Assembly: GCA_020629695.1 (NCBI GenBank)
Contig: JAHDCV010000003.1
Coordinates: 45,587 to 109,586, forward strand
Direction of reading: 5' to 3'
DNA from: Acidimicrobiales bacterium
Lineage (GTDB): Bacteria; Actinomycetota; Acidimicrobiia; Acidimicrobiales; SZUA-35
DNA: 64,000 nucleotides
Position numbers and translations under genes: made by a program
The notes under the pieces: model-generated
The model's database searches: none
What the model was told of the DNA's origin: nothing
The model's input: the letters and a program-made list of their open reading frames with translations, nothing else
Shown here: in pieces, positions 26,438 to 35,776 of the stretch
Position numbering within the stretch: the stretch's first letter is position 1
Layout: each line of letters opens with the position of its first letter

Positions 26438-27048
26438 GGCCGCAACCTAGCCCCGGCTCGGACGGGGTCGTCCGGCCGGAGACGGAACAGCACGTGTCGC
26501 TGCAGTTCGTGCCCGTCCGGCAGCGCCGGGTGGTCGAAGTCGTCCTCGGGGTCGCGGGTCATGCCGAGCTTCTGCATGACCCGCTGGGACGCCAGGTTGC
26601 GGGTGCCGGTGAAGGACACGATCTCGTGGAGACCGAGCCGACCGAACCCGTCATCGAGCACCGCCCGTGCTCCTTCGGGGGCCAGGCCACGTCCCCACGC
26701 CGAGCGGGCGAGCCGCCAGCCGACCTCCACGATCTCGTTGCCGGGGTTCGCGGTCGTGATCGGCAGGTCCCAGCGGGGTACGGCGAGCCCGATGAAGCCG
26801 AGAGACCCGGGCCGGTCGCGGAGCTCGACCGCCCAGAGCCCCAGGCCACGTCGGTCGAACGACTGCTCGATCCGATCGATCATGGCGTCCGAAGCCGCAC
26901 GGTCGAGGGTCGACGGGAAGTGCCGCATGACCTCGGCGTCCGCGTTGAGTGCGGCGAACGGCACCCGATCGTCATCGATCCAACGCCGCAGACGCAGGCG
27001 TTCGGTCAGCAGTGCGGTCGGTACGGGTGGTACCGACGGCGCGGTCAT
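26434..27048 (-). CDS. GNAT-family N-acetyltransferase (RimJ/RimL-like)
   Basis: 204 aa with a LERLRLRRW-type N-terminus, GFIGL, and the acetyl-CoA region [19 protein letters not shown] overlap with the upstream aminotransferase. Confidence 0.8.
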   Translation of the reverse strand: MTAPSVPPVPTALLTERLRLRRWIDDDRVPFAALNADAEVMRHFPSTLDRAASDAMIDRIEQSFDRRGLGLWAVELRDRPGSLGFIGLAVPRWDLPITTANPGNEIVEVGWRLARSAWGRGLAPEGARAVLDDGFGRLGLHEIVSFTGTRNLASQRVMQKLGMTRDPEDDFDHPALPDGHELQRHVLFRLRPDDPVRAGARLRP

Positions 27049-28226
27049 TCCCCGTCGAGGCGGGTGAGGGCCTTGCGCAGGTTCCGGATCGCCTGGTTCG
27101 TTCGCTGCTCGTTCTCGATGAGTGCGAACCGGACGTTGCCCTCACCGCCCGGGCCGAAGCCCGAACCCGGCGAGCAGGCCACCTCGGCTTCCTTCACGAG
27201 GAACGAGGCGAATTCGACGGAGTTCATGTCGGAGTACTCCGGCGGGATCGGAGCCCAGACGAACATCGTGCCCTTCGGCTTCTCGATCTCCCAGCCGATG
27301 CGGTTGAGACCCTCGACCAGAGTGTCGCGACGCTTCTGGTAGATCGCGTTCACGAGCTGCGGATGCTCGGTCGCCTCGTTGAGCGTCACGGTCGCGGCGA
27401 TCTGGATCGGCTGGAACGTGCCGTAGTCCAGGTACGACTTCAGCTTCGCGAGCGCTGCCACGACCTCGGGGTTGCCCATCAGGAACGCGACCCGCCAGCC
27501 GGCCATGGAGAACGACTTCGTCATCGAGTACAGCTCGACACAGCAGTCCTTCGCCCCCGGCACCTGGAGGATCGAGGGTGGCTGGTACCCGTCGAAGCCG
27601 AGGTCGGCGTAGGCGTTGTCGTGCACGATGATCATCTCCCGCTCCTTGGCGAAGTCGATCACCCGGGCGAAGAAGTCGAGGTCGACACACACCGTCGTCG
27701 GGTTGTGCGGGAACGAGATGACGAGGGTCCGGGGCTTCGGCCAGGAGTACTCCCATGCCTTCTCGAGGTTCTGGATGAACTCGTCACCCTGGGCGAGGGG
27801 CACCTCGCGGATCTGGGCGCCGGCGAAGATGGGGCCCCAGATGTGGATCGGATACGACGGCGCGGGCACGAGGCAGGCGTCACCTGGCTGGAGCAGCACC
27901 CACATCAGGTGCGTGAATCCCTCCTTGGCGCCGATGACGTTGAGGACCTCGGTCTCCGGATCGAGGTCGACATCGAATCGACGCTTGTAGTGATCCGCGG
28001 CGGCCTGACGCAGTTTCGGAATGCCCTTCGACGCCGAGTAGCGGTGGTTGCGCTCCTTGGTCGCCGCCTCGACGAGTTTGTCGACGGCCACGTCCGGTGA
28101 CGGCAGATCGGGGTTGCCGAACCCGAAATCGATCACGTCCTTGCCCGCTCGCCGGGCTTCCATCTTGAGATCGTTGATGATCGCCAACACGTAGGGCGGC
28201 AGATGGTTGATCCGACGGAAGTCCAT
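27045..28226 (-). CDS. Class I/II PLP-dependent aminotransferase (alanine/aspartate aminotransferase-like)
   Basis: [16 protein letters not shown] ... [10 protein letters not shown], and the PLP lysine context [15 protein letters not shown]. Start at ATG 28226 or GTG 28250. Confidence 0.9.
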   Translation of the reverse strand: MDFRRINHLPPYVLAIINDLKMEARRAGKDVIDFGFGNPDLPSPDVAVDKLVEAATKERNHRYSASKGIPKLRQAAADHYKRRFDVDLDPETEVLNVIGAKEGFTHLMWVLLQPGDACLVPAPSYPIHIWGPIFAGAQIREVPLAQGDEFIQNLEKAWEYSWPKPRTLVISFPHNPTTVCVDLDFFARVIDFAKEREMIIVHDNAYADLGFDGYQPPSILQVPGAKDCCVELYSMTKSFSMAGWRVAFLMGNPEVVAALAKLKSYLDYGTFQPIQIAATVTLNEATEHPQLVNAIYQKRRDTLVEGLNRIGWEIEKPKGTMFVWAPIPPEYSDMNSVEFASFLVKEAEVACSPGSGFGPGGEGNVRFALIENEQRTNQAIRNLRKALTRLDGE

Positions 28227-28255
28227 GCCGCGCAGACTAGGCCCGACCACCGTCG

Positions 28256-28292
28256 TTGACGTGGAGGATTCGATGGGGATCCGTCACGTCAA
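28256..28292 (-). promoter_or_regulatory. Imperfect 14-bp-arm inverted repeat between glk and the aminotransferase gene
   Basis: TTGACGTGGAGGAT-(9 nt)-ATCCGTCACGTCAA pairs at 12 of 14 positions. The outer 8 bp, TTGACGTG / CACGTCAA, are perfect. Confidence 0.35.
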
Positions 28293-28310
28293 TGTGCAAC
28301 AAACTTGCGT

Positions 28311-29276
28311 TCACTCACTCCGGAAGAGGGTGCGGGCGTTCAATGCTGCGCCGATGGCGCCTGCCTCAGGCCCGAGTTGTGCCGGCACGACCGGCACACG
28401 AGGACGGTGATCGCCCCCCATCGTCGCGCCGGGAAGGCGCTCACGCACCTCCGAGATGAAGCTCTGGTTGATCGACGTCAGCCCGCCCCCCAGAACGACG
28501 AGATCGGGATCGAGCAGAACCACCAACGAGGCGATGCCCTGGGCGACCCAGGTCGCGAACCGGTCGAGGACCTCGAGCGCATCGCGGTCGCCCTCGGCAT
28601 GCGCCGCGGCGACGTGTTCGCCGCGGATGAGCCCGGGCTCGCCGCCGGCGATGTCGACGATGCGTTGCCCTCGCCCCTCGGTGACGATCACCCTGGCGAG
28701 GTTCGCGAGCCCGGTCCCGGAGGCCACGGCCTCCCAGCAGCCCTTCTGCCCGCACGCACAGGTCGGACCGGACCGATCCACCAGCATGTGGCCGGGTTCA
28801 CCCGCGAACCCGTTCGCTCCACGGACGAGTCGACCGGCGATGATCAACGCCCCACCGATCCCGGTGCCCTGCGTGACGAGCACGACGTGATCGTGACCCT
28901 TCGCGGCACCGAGTCGGTGCTCGGCGAGCGCCGCACACGAGGCGTCGTTCTCGGCGACCGCGGGGATGTTGAACTCACGTCGGAGCCGGCCGGCGATGTC
29001 GAGGTTCAGCACTCCCTGGACGTTGGGGCCGTAGCGCAGCACACCCTGGTGGTCGACGAGGCCGGGGATGCCGCACCCGATCGCGACCGGGCTTCCGGTC
29101 TGCTCGATCAACTGGCGAGCGACGTCGACGATCGCCTCGGGCACGAGCGACGGGTCGTGCTTCGGTGTGGCCGCCCGGGCCCTCGCCTCGATCTCCCCGG
29201 TGGTGGGGTCGCAGACGACGCCGAGCACCTTCGTGCCGCCGACGTCGATACCGATGTAACGCCGTGTCGATTCCAC
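28311..29276 (-). CDS. glk: ROK-family glucokinase
   Basis: YIGIDVGGTKVLGVV, GEPGHM, and the Zn motif CACGQKGCWE. GTG 29276 leaves a 28-nt gap to the upstream stop; the track ORF to 29369 would overlap it. Confidence 0.88.
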   Translation of the reverse strand: MESTRRYIGIDVGGTKVLGVVCDPTTGEIEARARAATPKHDPSLVPEAIVDVARQLIEQTGSPVAIGCGIPGLVDHQGVLRYGPNVQGVLNLDIAGRLRREFNIPAVAENDASCAALAEHRLGAAKGHDHVVLVTQGTGIGGALIIAGRLVRGANGFAGEPGHMLVDRSGPTCACGQKGCWEAVASGTGLANLARVIVTEGRGQRIVDIAGGEPGLIRGEHVAAAHAEGDRDALEVLDRFATWVAQGIASLVVLLDPDLVVLGGGLTSINQSFISEVRERLPGATMGGDHRPRVPVVPAQLGPEAGAIGAALNARTLFRSE

Positions 29277-29304
29277 GGGGGTGAAGGCTAGGCGGCGGGA
29301 CCGC

Positions 29305-30975
29305 TCAGTTCGTCGTCGACACCCTGGACAGGATCGCCCGGCTGAGACCGGCATCGGAGGTCCAGGCACGTGCCACGGGGTGGTCGCTCACCAGCACGAC
29401 CTGGCGGGACGACGCCGTGTCGATCAGGACGTCGAGCAGGTCGCGGATCTCGACATCGGCGAGATGGTCGAACTGCGAGGTGATCACGAGCGGTGTCACC
29501 ACCGTGTCGTGTCGGGATGCGTCGAGGCGCGCCCGGAGACGGACGAGCGCATCGGCGAGTCCATTGACCGGGCCACGGCGGGAGGCATCCAGCTCGGCTT
29601 CGCAATGCCGGAAGTCGAGCAACGACGCGGCGGCGGACTCCTCGAGGCGGTCGATCCGCAGGAGGGCGGCTTCGTGGCGGTGCAGTACCTGGCGGGTCCG
29701 GTCGACCTCGGCCTGGAGTGCGGCGAGCTCCTCGGGCTCGAGCGCCCATCCGGTCAGCTCCGCTCGGCGCTGGCGGACCCACGACTCCAACCAATCGGCG
29801 AACAGATCCACACCGATCTCGGTCGGGACCTCGATCTTGTTCGAGAACATGACCTCGCGAGCCGCAGCCACCGCCACGGCGTAGTCGGGATTCTCGACGG
29901 CGATGACGAGCTGGGAGATCGACGCACCCAGATCGGCGGGCAGCACCGGACCCATCAGGCGGCGGGCCATGGCGTCGACGTCGCGTCGGATCTCGCCGAT
30001 CTCGTGACGGACCGGGTCCGACGCGAGGTCGCGACGGATCGCCGCCGCCTCCTCGGTCGCGAGCATCACCCTGGAGCGGGCCGAATCGAGCCTCGCCGCT
30101 GCGTCGCCACGTGGTGTCGGCCGGAGGCGGTACATGACGTAAGCCGAGTAGGTCGGCTGATCGATCTTGTCCAGCAGGTCGGCGAGCTCGGCGTCCTCTT
30201 CGGGGGTGCGAGGCGGCTTCGCCCGGAAGCTCAGGATGCCCGAAGCGGCGGGGCGGTTCGCCAGCTCCTCGAGCCGGGCCTCGTCGTCGACGCCGAGCAA
30301 CAGCGGTTCGGCCTCGGCCTCGGCGCGTGCCAGCTCGGCTCGGGCATCGTCGAGATTCGTCTCGGCTTCCCGTTCCAATCGTTCCAACCCGGCCAGGTGG
30401 TCGACGACCTCGGAGTAGCGCTGCTCGAAGTCGAACCAGGCCCGGCGGAGCTCGTCGATCTCGGGATCGGTGGTCTCGACCACCGACGGCACGGAACGCA
30501 AGGCGTCGAGCGTGGCCTCGACCTCCAACAGCAACGGATCGGTCGACGGATCCGACACGTTCGCACGCCGCAACTCGAGCTCGAGCTCACGGAGCGCCGC
30601 GGCGATGCCCGGGCGGAGTTCGTTGCGCGCTTCTTCGACCCGGACCGCATCGATCTGGGCTCGGCGGTGTGCCTGATCGAGGGCCGCGGACAGCGCCGCC
30701 TGGGTCTCCACGCTCGCCACGGGCTGGTCGAAGTCGAGGATGTGGTCGGCGCTGTGGTCGGGGTCCACGGTGATCGGTTCGGCGGCGACCTCCAGCAGCA
30801 GTCCACCGTCCTCGACGAGTCCGCCGACGGCCCCTGGCTGGCCACTCGCCAGGCGACTGAGCGCATCGAGCACCCGATGGCGTGAGTCAGCGTCGAGTCC
30901 GGCGACGACCGTCAGGAACGGGTGCAGGTCGACCGACCCATGCCCATCGTCGAAGTCGAGCCGGAGAAATCGCAT
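29305..30975 (-). CDS. Large coiled-coil protein with a degenerate SMC/RecF-like head (no P-loop)
   Basis: MRFLRLDFDDGHGSVDLHPFLTVVAGLDADSRHR is in register with SMC/RecF heads but lacks GxxGxGKS. About 400 aa are A/E/R/L-rich. The C-terminus is VITSQFDHLAD...SSRQVVLVSDH. An alternative GTG start lies at 30999. Confidence 0.7.
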   Translation of the reverse strand: MRFLRLDFDDGHGSVDLHPFLTVVAGLDADSRHRVLDALSRLASGQPGAVGGLVEDGGLLLEVAAEPITVDPDHSADHILDFDQPVASVETQAALSAALDQAHRRAQIDAVRVEEARNELRPGIAAALRELELELRRANVSDPSTDPLLLEVEATLDALRSVPSVVETTDPEIDELRRAWFDFEQRYSEVVDHLAGLERLEREAETNLDDARAELARAEAEAEPLLLGVDDEARLEELANRPAASGILSFRAKPPRTPEEDAELADLLDKIDQPTYSAYVMYRLRPTPRGDAAARLDSARSRVMLATEEAAAIRRDLASDPVRHEIGEIRRDVDAMARRLMGPVLPADLGASISQLVIAVENPDYAVAVAAAREVMFSNKIEVPTEIGVDLFADWLESWVRQRRAELTGWALEPEELAALQAEVDRTRQVLHRHEAALLRIDRLEESAAASLLDFRHCEAELDASRRGPVNGLADALVRLRARLDASRHDTVVTPLVITSQFDHLADVEIRDLLDVLIDTASSRQVVLVSDHPVARAWTSDAGLSRAILSRVSTTN

Positions 30976-31045
30976 GCCCGAGTCAACGGCAAGGGGCACC
31001 GTGTGCCCGAGTCCTGAATCACGGGACCTCCGTCCCGAGCGTGGC

Positions 31046-31522
31046 TCAGATGCGGCGGGCGACCTCGGCCCGGAATCCGTCCAGGGCGGCCCGGACGATC
31101 TTGGTCTCGACCCGCCGCTTCACGAATCCCGGCAGGGGCAGTGCGAGATCGATGGCGAGTTCGTAGGTGACTTCGGTGACCGGCTCACCACCCGGCCCCG
31201 ACTCCCCCGTCGAGCGGAAGCGATACGAGCCGTCGAGGCGGCGCGTGATGTCACCGGAACGTTGGGTCCAACGGATCATGGCGGGCGCCGCCGTGTGGTC
31301 GTAGTCGAGGGTGTACTCGGCCTGGCGGCCGACCGCTTCGGCCGCGAACTTCGCAGCCAGAACCCGACCGTGCTCGTCCTCGGTGAGCACCTCGGCGGTC
31401 GCGACCCCGTCGGCCCACCGGGGATAACTCGCGATGTCGGACGCCACGGCGTAACACAGCTCCGGGTCGGCATGGACCCGGGCGGTCACCTGGGTGTATT
31501 CGTCAGGGATGTCGGACGTCAC
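31046..31522 (-). CDS. SRPBCC/START-like (polyketide cyclase/dehydrase family) protein
   Basis: GTG 31522, 158 aa. The pattern VHADPELCYAVASDIASYPRWADGV ... YELAIDLALPLPGFVKRRV is typical of the SRPBCC fold. It is the lower half of track ORF 31046..32068. Confidence 0.7.
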   Translation of the reverse strand: MTSDIPDEYTQVTARVHADPELCYAVASDIASYPRWADGVATAEVLTEDEHGRVLAAKFAAEAVGRQAEYTLDYDHTAAPAMIRWTQRSGDITRRLDGSYRFRSTGESGPGGEPVTEVTYELAIDLALPLPGFVKRRVETKIVRAALDGFRAEVARRI

Positions 31523-31533
31523 GGGTCGGCACC

Positions 31534-31950
31534 CTACCGGTCGTCGGACCGGGGGTCGAAGTCTCCGTCCCGAGCTCCCACCCATGCCATCACGCCGAGA
31601 CCGAACATCGGGACGAGGACCGCGAACGCGACCGTCGTGAACGGCCGCGAGACCGCAGCCCCGACCCCGACGACACTCTGGACCCCCGCGAGCACACGAA
31701 GAAGGCGGCGACGTGCGGGCGGATGGTGGGGAGCCGCCATCAGGAGCAGACCGCCGAGGGTCACGAACTCCTCGCGACTGCGGGCCGATCCGATCACGAC
31801 CCCCGCGGCCATCAGGGCGGCGCCGGCCACGAACGCGACACACGCCAGGGCGACGAGGGGAAGCCGGAGATCTTCGGATGCGACGGCGAGCACGGCGACC
31901 ACGACACCGACCACGGTGATCGCCACGTCGATCCGATCGATCGGCTTCAT
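31534..31950 (-). CDS. Small integral membrane protein (4 TM)
   Basis: ATG 31950 (ATGA overlap with the GT4 stop). Hydrophobic helices throughout. Confidence 0.6.
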   Translation of the reverse strand: MKPIDRIDVAITVVGVVVAVLAVASEDLRLPLVALACVAFVAGAALMAAGVVIGSARSREEFVTLGGLLLMAAPHHPPARRRLLRVLAGVQSVVGVGAAVSRPFTTVAFAVLVPMFGLGVMAWVGARDGDFDPRSDDR

Positions 31951-33104
31951 CGCGCACCATCCGACACCGGCGCACCCGCGAGGTCGACCTCGTCGATGGC
32001 CTCGGCGAGACGAGCGGCGAGATCGTCCTGATCGAATTCGTCGAGCACCCGCCGACGGGCGGCCGCACCCATCCGCGCCCGTCGCGCCGGATCGACGACC
32101 ATCTGTTCGATGGCCCGGGCGACCGCGCCCGCGTCGGTGGGATCGTCGACGATCAGACCGCTGACGTCGTGATCGACCGCCTCGTGGGCGCCGCCGGAGC
32201 GTCCGGCGATCTGTGGCAGTCCGCAGGCCGCGGCCTCGAGGAACGAGATCCCGAAGCCCTCCTGCTCCAGACCACCCCACCGACTGCTGCATGGCATCAC
32301 CATCAGGTCAGCGGCGCCGTAGAGCCGCACGACGTCGTCGTCGTCGAGCCGACCGGGCAGCTCGATCCGCCCCGGGCCGTCATCGGCGAGGCGTCGCAAG
32401 CGGTCGAGCTCGCGACCCGAACCAGCGAGGACGGCGCGCAGGTCGGGATGACGACGCTGCAACCGGTGCATCGCTTCGATCACCACGTGCATGCCCTTGC
32501 GCGGCACCAACCGATTGACCGAGGCGATCACGATGTCGTCCCGACCGAAGCCTCGGGCCAGGCGCTCCGCTGTCCGTTCCGAGGACCCCAGCGGATGGAA
32601 GCGGGCGTGGTCCACCCCGGGCGGCACCAGGACCGACGGGCGCCGCAGGCCGGCGCAACGCTCGGCTTCGGCGAGTGGATACCCACCGGCCGAGATCCAG
32701 AGATGCGCACCCCGGAGCACCCGCCGGAGGACCCGATCGATCCCGGGGACACGCCCCGGCACGGTGACCTCGGCGCCGTGGAGCACCACCGCGTACGGCA
32801 GGGACAACCGCGGCGCGATGGCACCGAGGGGCACCGCGGGATCGACCACGACGAGTTCGGCACCGTGGTCGCGGGCCGCGGCGTCGATCCGCCCGACCAA
32901 CCACGGCCAGGGCCCGAGCCACGGTTCGGGTGCGCGGTCGATGCGGTGCGGCGATGCGGCATCGAACGCGGCGTCGCCGTCGTGGGGTGTGGTCAGGACA
33001 CGCACGTCATCACCCGGCAGGCGGCGCCAGAGGTCCCACAGGTAGCTCTGGATCCCGCCGATCTTCGGTGGGTAGTCGTTGGTCACCAACAGGTGGCGTC
33101 GCAC
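31947..33104 (-). CDS. GT4-family glycosyltransferase (PimB-like mannosyltransferase)
   Basis: HLLVTNDYPPKIGGIQSYLW N-terminus and the GT4 C-terminal motif EQEGFGISFLEAAACGLPQIAGRSGG. GTG 33104 lies 4 nt after the queG stop; the track ORF extends to 33314. Confidence 0.85.
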   Translation of the reverse strand: MRRHLLVTNDYPPKIGGIQSYLWDLWRRLPGDDVRVLTTPHDGDAAFDAASPHRIDRAPEPWLGPWPWLVGRIDAAARDHGAELVVVDPAVPLGAIAPRLSLPYAVVLHGAEVTVPGRVPGIDRVLRRVLRGAHLWISAGGYPLAEAERCAGLRRPSVLVPPGVDHARFHPLGSSERTAERLARGFGRDDIVIASVNRLVPRKGMHVVIEAMHRLQRRHPDLRAVLAGSGRELDRLRRLADDGPGRIELPGRLDDDDVVRLYGAADLMVMPCSSRWGGLEQEGFGISFLEAAACGLPQIAGRSGGAHEAVDHDVSGLIVDDPTDAGAVARAIEQMVVDPARRARMGAAARRRVLDEFDQDDLAARLAEAIDEVDLAGAPVSDGAR

Positions 33105-33108
33105 CCCG

Positions 33109-34260
33109 TCAGTCTGGTGCCTCGACGCCACGCTTCGGCACCTCGATCCGGGCTTCGGCTTGGACGTCGGGATCCGCATCGGGACCGAGGCGACCGAGGA
33201 CGGCATCGGCGCCGAGGCGACGCAGCGACCACCGGGCGTGTCGCCGCAGCTCGACCACCGGAGAGCGGGCGTAGCGCTCGAGCATCCGGAGCACCTCCTG
33301 AGCGTCGGGGTCACCCACGTTGCCGAGGATCACCAACGCCGTGCGGCGGACGACGTCGGGGTCGCGGCCGGCGAGATACCAACGTCCGTGACGGGCCATG
33401 AGCGCGGCGTCGTCGAGGGCGAGCAGATCGAGGAGGTCGACGTGGTCGAGCTGGTCGGCCTCGGCCGGCGGTGGGGCCGCACGGTCGGCCCCGATGCTCG
33501 GCGGGCAGACGTCCTGGCACTCGTCGCAGCCGTAGAGACGATCGCCGAGGGGCACGCGCTGTTCGATCGGAATCGGCTCGGCGGCCTGGACCGACCAGGC
33601 GAGGCAGCGGCGGGCATCGACGACCCCCGGGGCCAGGATGGCCTCGGTCGGGCAGTCGTCGATGCAACGGCGACAAGGCCCACAACCATCGGCGACGGGC
33701 TCGGTTCCGTCCCCGACGTCGGCATCGGTCACGACGACGCCGAGCACGACCCAACTCCCGTGCCCGGGCACGAGGAGGTTGGCGTTCTTCCCGAACCAAC
33801 CCAGCCCGGCCCGCCAGGCCACGGCGCGATCGACGATGTGGTTCTGATCGGCGAGCACGACGGCCCGATGGCCGTCGGCCCGGAGTCGGTCGGCGATCAG
33901 TTCGAGCCGGGATCGCAGCTCGGCGTAGTGGTCCCGGCGTGCGTAGGCGGCGACCCGCCCGGCCGGGCCGGCGCCATCCGACGGCGCCGGTGTCTCCCGC
34001 CGGTAGTTCCATGCGCCGGCGACGAGCGTGCGGGCCCCGGGAAGTGTCCGCCCGGGGTCGGTCGAGCGGTCCGGGTTGCGGTAGGTGAACTGCATCGACC
34101 CCGCGAGTCCGACGGCTCGTCGTTGGTGGAGCACGGTGCGCGCCGGCTCGAGCACCTCAGCAGCGCAGAAGCCAACGGCCGCCAGCCCGGCCTGTTCGCC
34201 AATCGTGCGAATCTCGGCGGCGAGGGGCACCGAGCCAGCGGCGGGATCCGAACGGGTCAC
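33109..34260 (-). CDS. queG: Epoxyqueuosine reductase QueG
   Basis: Two ferredoxin-type clusters, CGPCRRCIDDCP and CDECQDVCPP, with a cobalamin-domain region and a C-terminal HEAT-like segment. Confidence 0.85.
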   Translation of the reverse strand: MTRSDPAAGSVPLAAEIRTIGEQAGLAAVGFCAAEVLEPARTVLHQRRAVGLAGSMQFTYRNPDRSTDPGRTLPGARTLVAGAWNYRRETPAPSDGAGPAGRVAAYARRDHYAELRSRLELIADRLRADGHRAVVLADQNHIVDRAVAWRAGLGWFGKNANLLVPGHGSWVVLGVVVTDADVGDGTEPVADGCGPCRRCIDDCPTEAILAPGVVDARRCLAWSVQAAEPIPIEQRVPLGDRLYGCDECQDVCPPSIGADRAAPPPAEADQLDHVDLLDLLALDDAALMARHGRWYLAGRDPDVVRRTALVILGNVGDPDAQEVLRMLERYARSPVVELRRHARWSLRRLGADAVLGRLGPDADPDVQAEARIEVPKRGVEAPD

Positions 34261-34317
34261 GACGCCAGCCTGCCCGGTGGAGCGGGCGGGTGCAGCGCCG
34301 TGGCCCCGGTTTCGCCG

Positions 34318-34509
34318 TCATCCCGCCGACTGGTGCCGCAGCGTCGGCACCAGTCCGGCGTCGCCGAGGCGACGGAGCGCCGCGAACTCGGCCACGTCGA
34401 TGATCACGGCCGAGTCGGGCTCGCGACCGGTGATGAACGTGACGACGCAGTCGTCACAGCTGTCGGTCTCGGCGCGAACGCAGGTCCCGCAATCGATGGT
34501 GATGCTCAT
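34318..34509 (-). CDS. Small Cys4 (CxxC...CxxC) protein, 63 aa
   Basis: MSITIDCGTCVRAETDSCDDCVVTF. It is the C-terminal piece of the spurious track ORF 34318..35847 and is divergent from the ADH-mft operon. Confidence 0.6.
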   Translation of the reverse strand: MSITIDCGTCVRAETDSCDDCVVTFITGREPDSAVIIDVAEFAALRRLGDAGLVPTLRHQSAG

Positions 34510-34587
34510 GGGGCGGAACCTACGCAGGGGGTCTGACAGCCACCGGGATGCGGACCGAGCACGGTCGATCCGGATAGGTTCTCCGAC

Positions 34588-35754
34588 GTGCAGGCCCTCG
34601 AGTTCCGCCGAGAAGAAGCCCGATTCGTGGCGTCGGCCGTCGCGTCCCGACTCCGCCCGGGGTCCGGCGCCTCGGTCGGTCCGCTCCATTTCATGGAGCG
34701 AGCACAGGCGCCCGATCTCCCGACCGAGGAGTGGATCCGGGTCCGGACCCGCCTGGCCGGCATCTGTGGCAGCGACCTCGCCACCGTCGAAGGCCGGGCG
34801 GCCCGCTACTTCGAACCGTGGATCACGTTCCCCTTCGTGCCCGGCCACGAGGTCGTCGGCACGACCGAGGACGGTCGGCGCGTGGTGCTCGAGCCGGTGC
34901 TCGGCCATGCCACCCGCGGCTTCGAGCCACCGTTCGACGGCGCCGCCCAGGCCGATGGGGACGACTACCGCCACCTCGTCGGTGGTGATCTCGAGCCGGG
35001 GATCCAGACCGGCTCGTGTGCGTCGACCGGCGGCGGTTGGGCCACCGAGTTCGTCGCCCATCCGAGCCAACTCCACGCCGTGCCGGACGACCTCAGCGAC
35101 GAAGCCGCGGTGATGATCGAGCCCGTCGCCGGAGGCGTGCACGCCGCGCTGCGGGCCGAGGTCTCCGACGGCGCCACCGTCGCCGTGATCGGGGCGGGCA
35201 CGATGGGGCTCGCGACCGTCGCCGCACTGCGCCATCTCACGCCTGCGGGGACGATCATCGCCGGGGCACGTCATCCGCATCAGAAGAAGCTCGCCGCCGA
35301 GTTCGGCGCCGACGTCGTCGTCGACGGCGACGGGATCGGCCGAGCCGTGCGTCGTGCGACGGGCAGCTACATGATCGGCCCCGATCTCTCCGGTGGCGCC
35401 GATGTGGTGATCGACGCGGTCGGCACCAGCGACTCGCTCCGCACCGCCATCGCGATCACGCGGCCACGCGGCCGGGTCGTGCTGTTGGGCATGCCCGGCA
35501 AGGTCTCGATGGAGCTCACGGCCCTGTGGCATCGCGAGACCGAGCTGGTCGGTGCCTACACCTACGGCACCGAGCACCTGCCGGACGGCACCACCCGACA
35601 CTCGTTCGACCTCGCGATGGATCTCGGCCGGTCGGTCGACCTCGGCGCACTCGTGAGCGCGACCTACCCCCTCGCCCGCTACGTCGACGCGCTCGACCAC
35701 GCGGCCAACGCCGGTCGGCTCGGTGCGGTCAAGGTCTGCTTCGACCTGCGCTGA
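34588..35754 (+). CDS. Zn-dependent (MDR-family) alcohol/polyol dehydrogenase, adjacent to mftA
   Basis: GICGSDL, FVPGHEVVG and the Rossmann motif VAVIGAGTMG. It ends 22 nt before mftA. Confidence 0.88.
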   Translation: MQALEFRREEARFVASAVASRLRPGSGASVGPLHFMERAQAPDLPTEEWIRVRTRLAGICGSDLATVEGRAARYFEPWITFPFVPGHEVVGTTEDGRRVVLEPVLGHATRGFEPPFDGAAQADGDDYRHLVGGDLEPGIQTGSCASTGGGWATEFVAHPSQLHAVPDDLSDEAAVMIEPVAGGVHAALRAEVSDGATVAVIGAGTMGLATVAALRHLTPAGTIIAGARHPHQKKLAAEFGADVVVDGDGIGRAVRRATGSYMIGPDLSGGADVVIDAVGTSDSLRTAIAITRPRGRVVLLGMPGKVSMELTALWHRETELVGAYTYGTEHLPDGTTRHSFDLAMDLGRSVDLGALVSATYPLARYVDALDHAANAGRLGAVKVCFDLR

Positions 35755-35776
35755 CCTCGTCGCTACAGTCCTGGGC

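Noticed and set aside
31947-33104. Glycosyltransferase 2.7 kb from mftA, considered as the missing mftF
   Set aside because: It is GT4-type with the PimB-like N-terminus (LLVTNDYPPKIGGIQSY), whereas MftF is a GT2-family enzyme. It sits in a separate minus-strand operon with queG.
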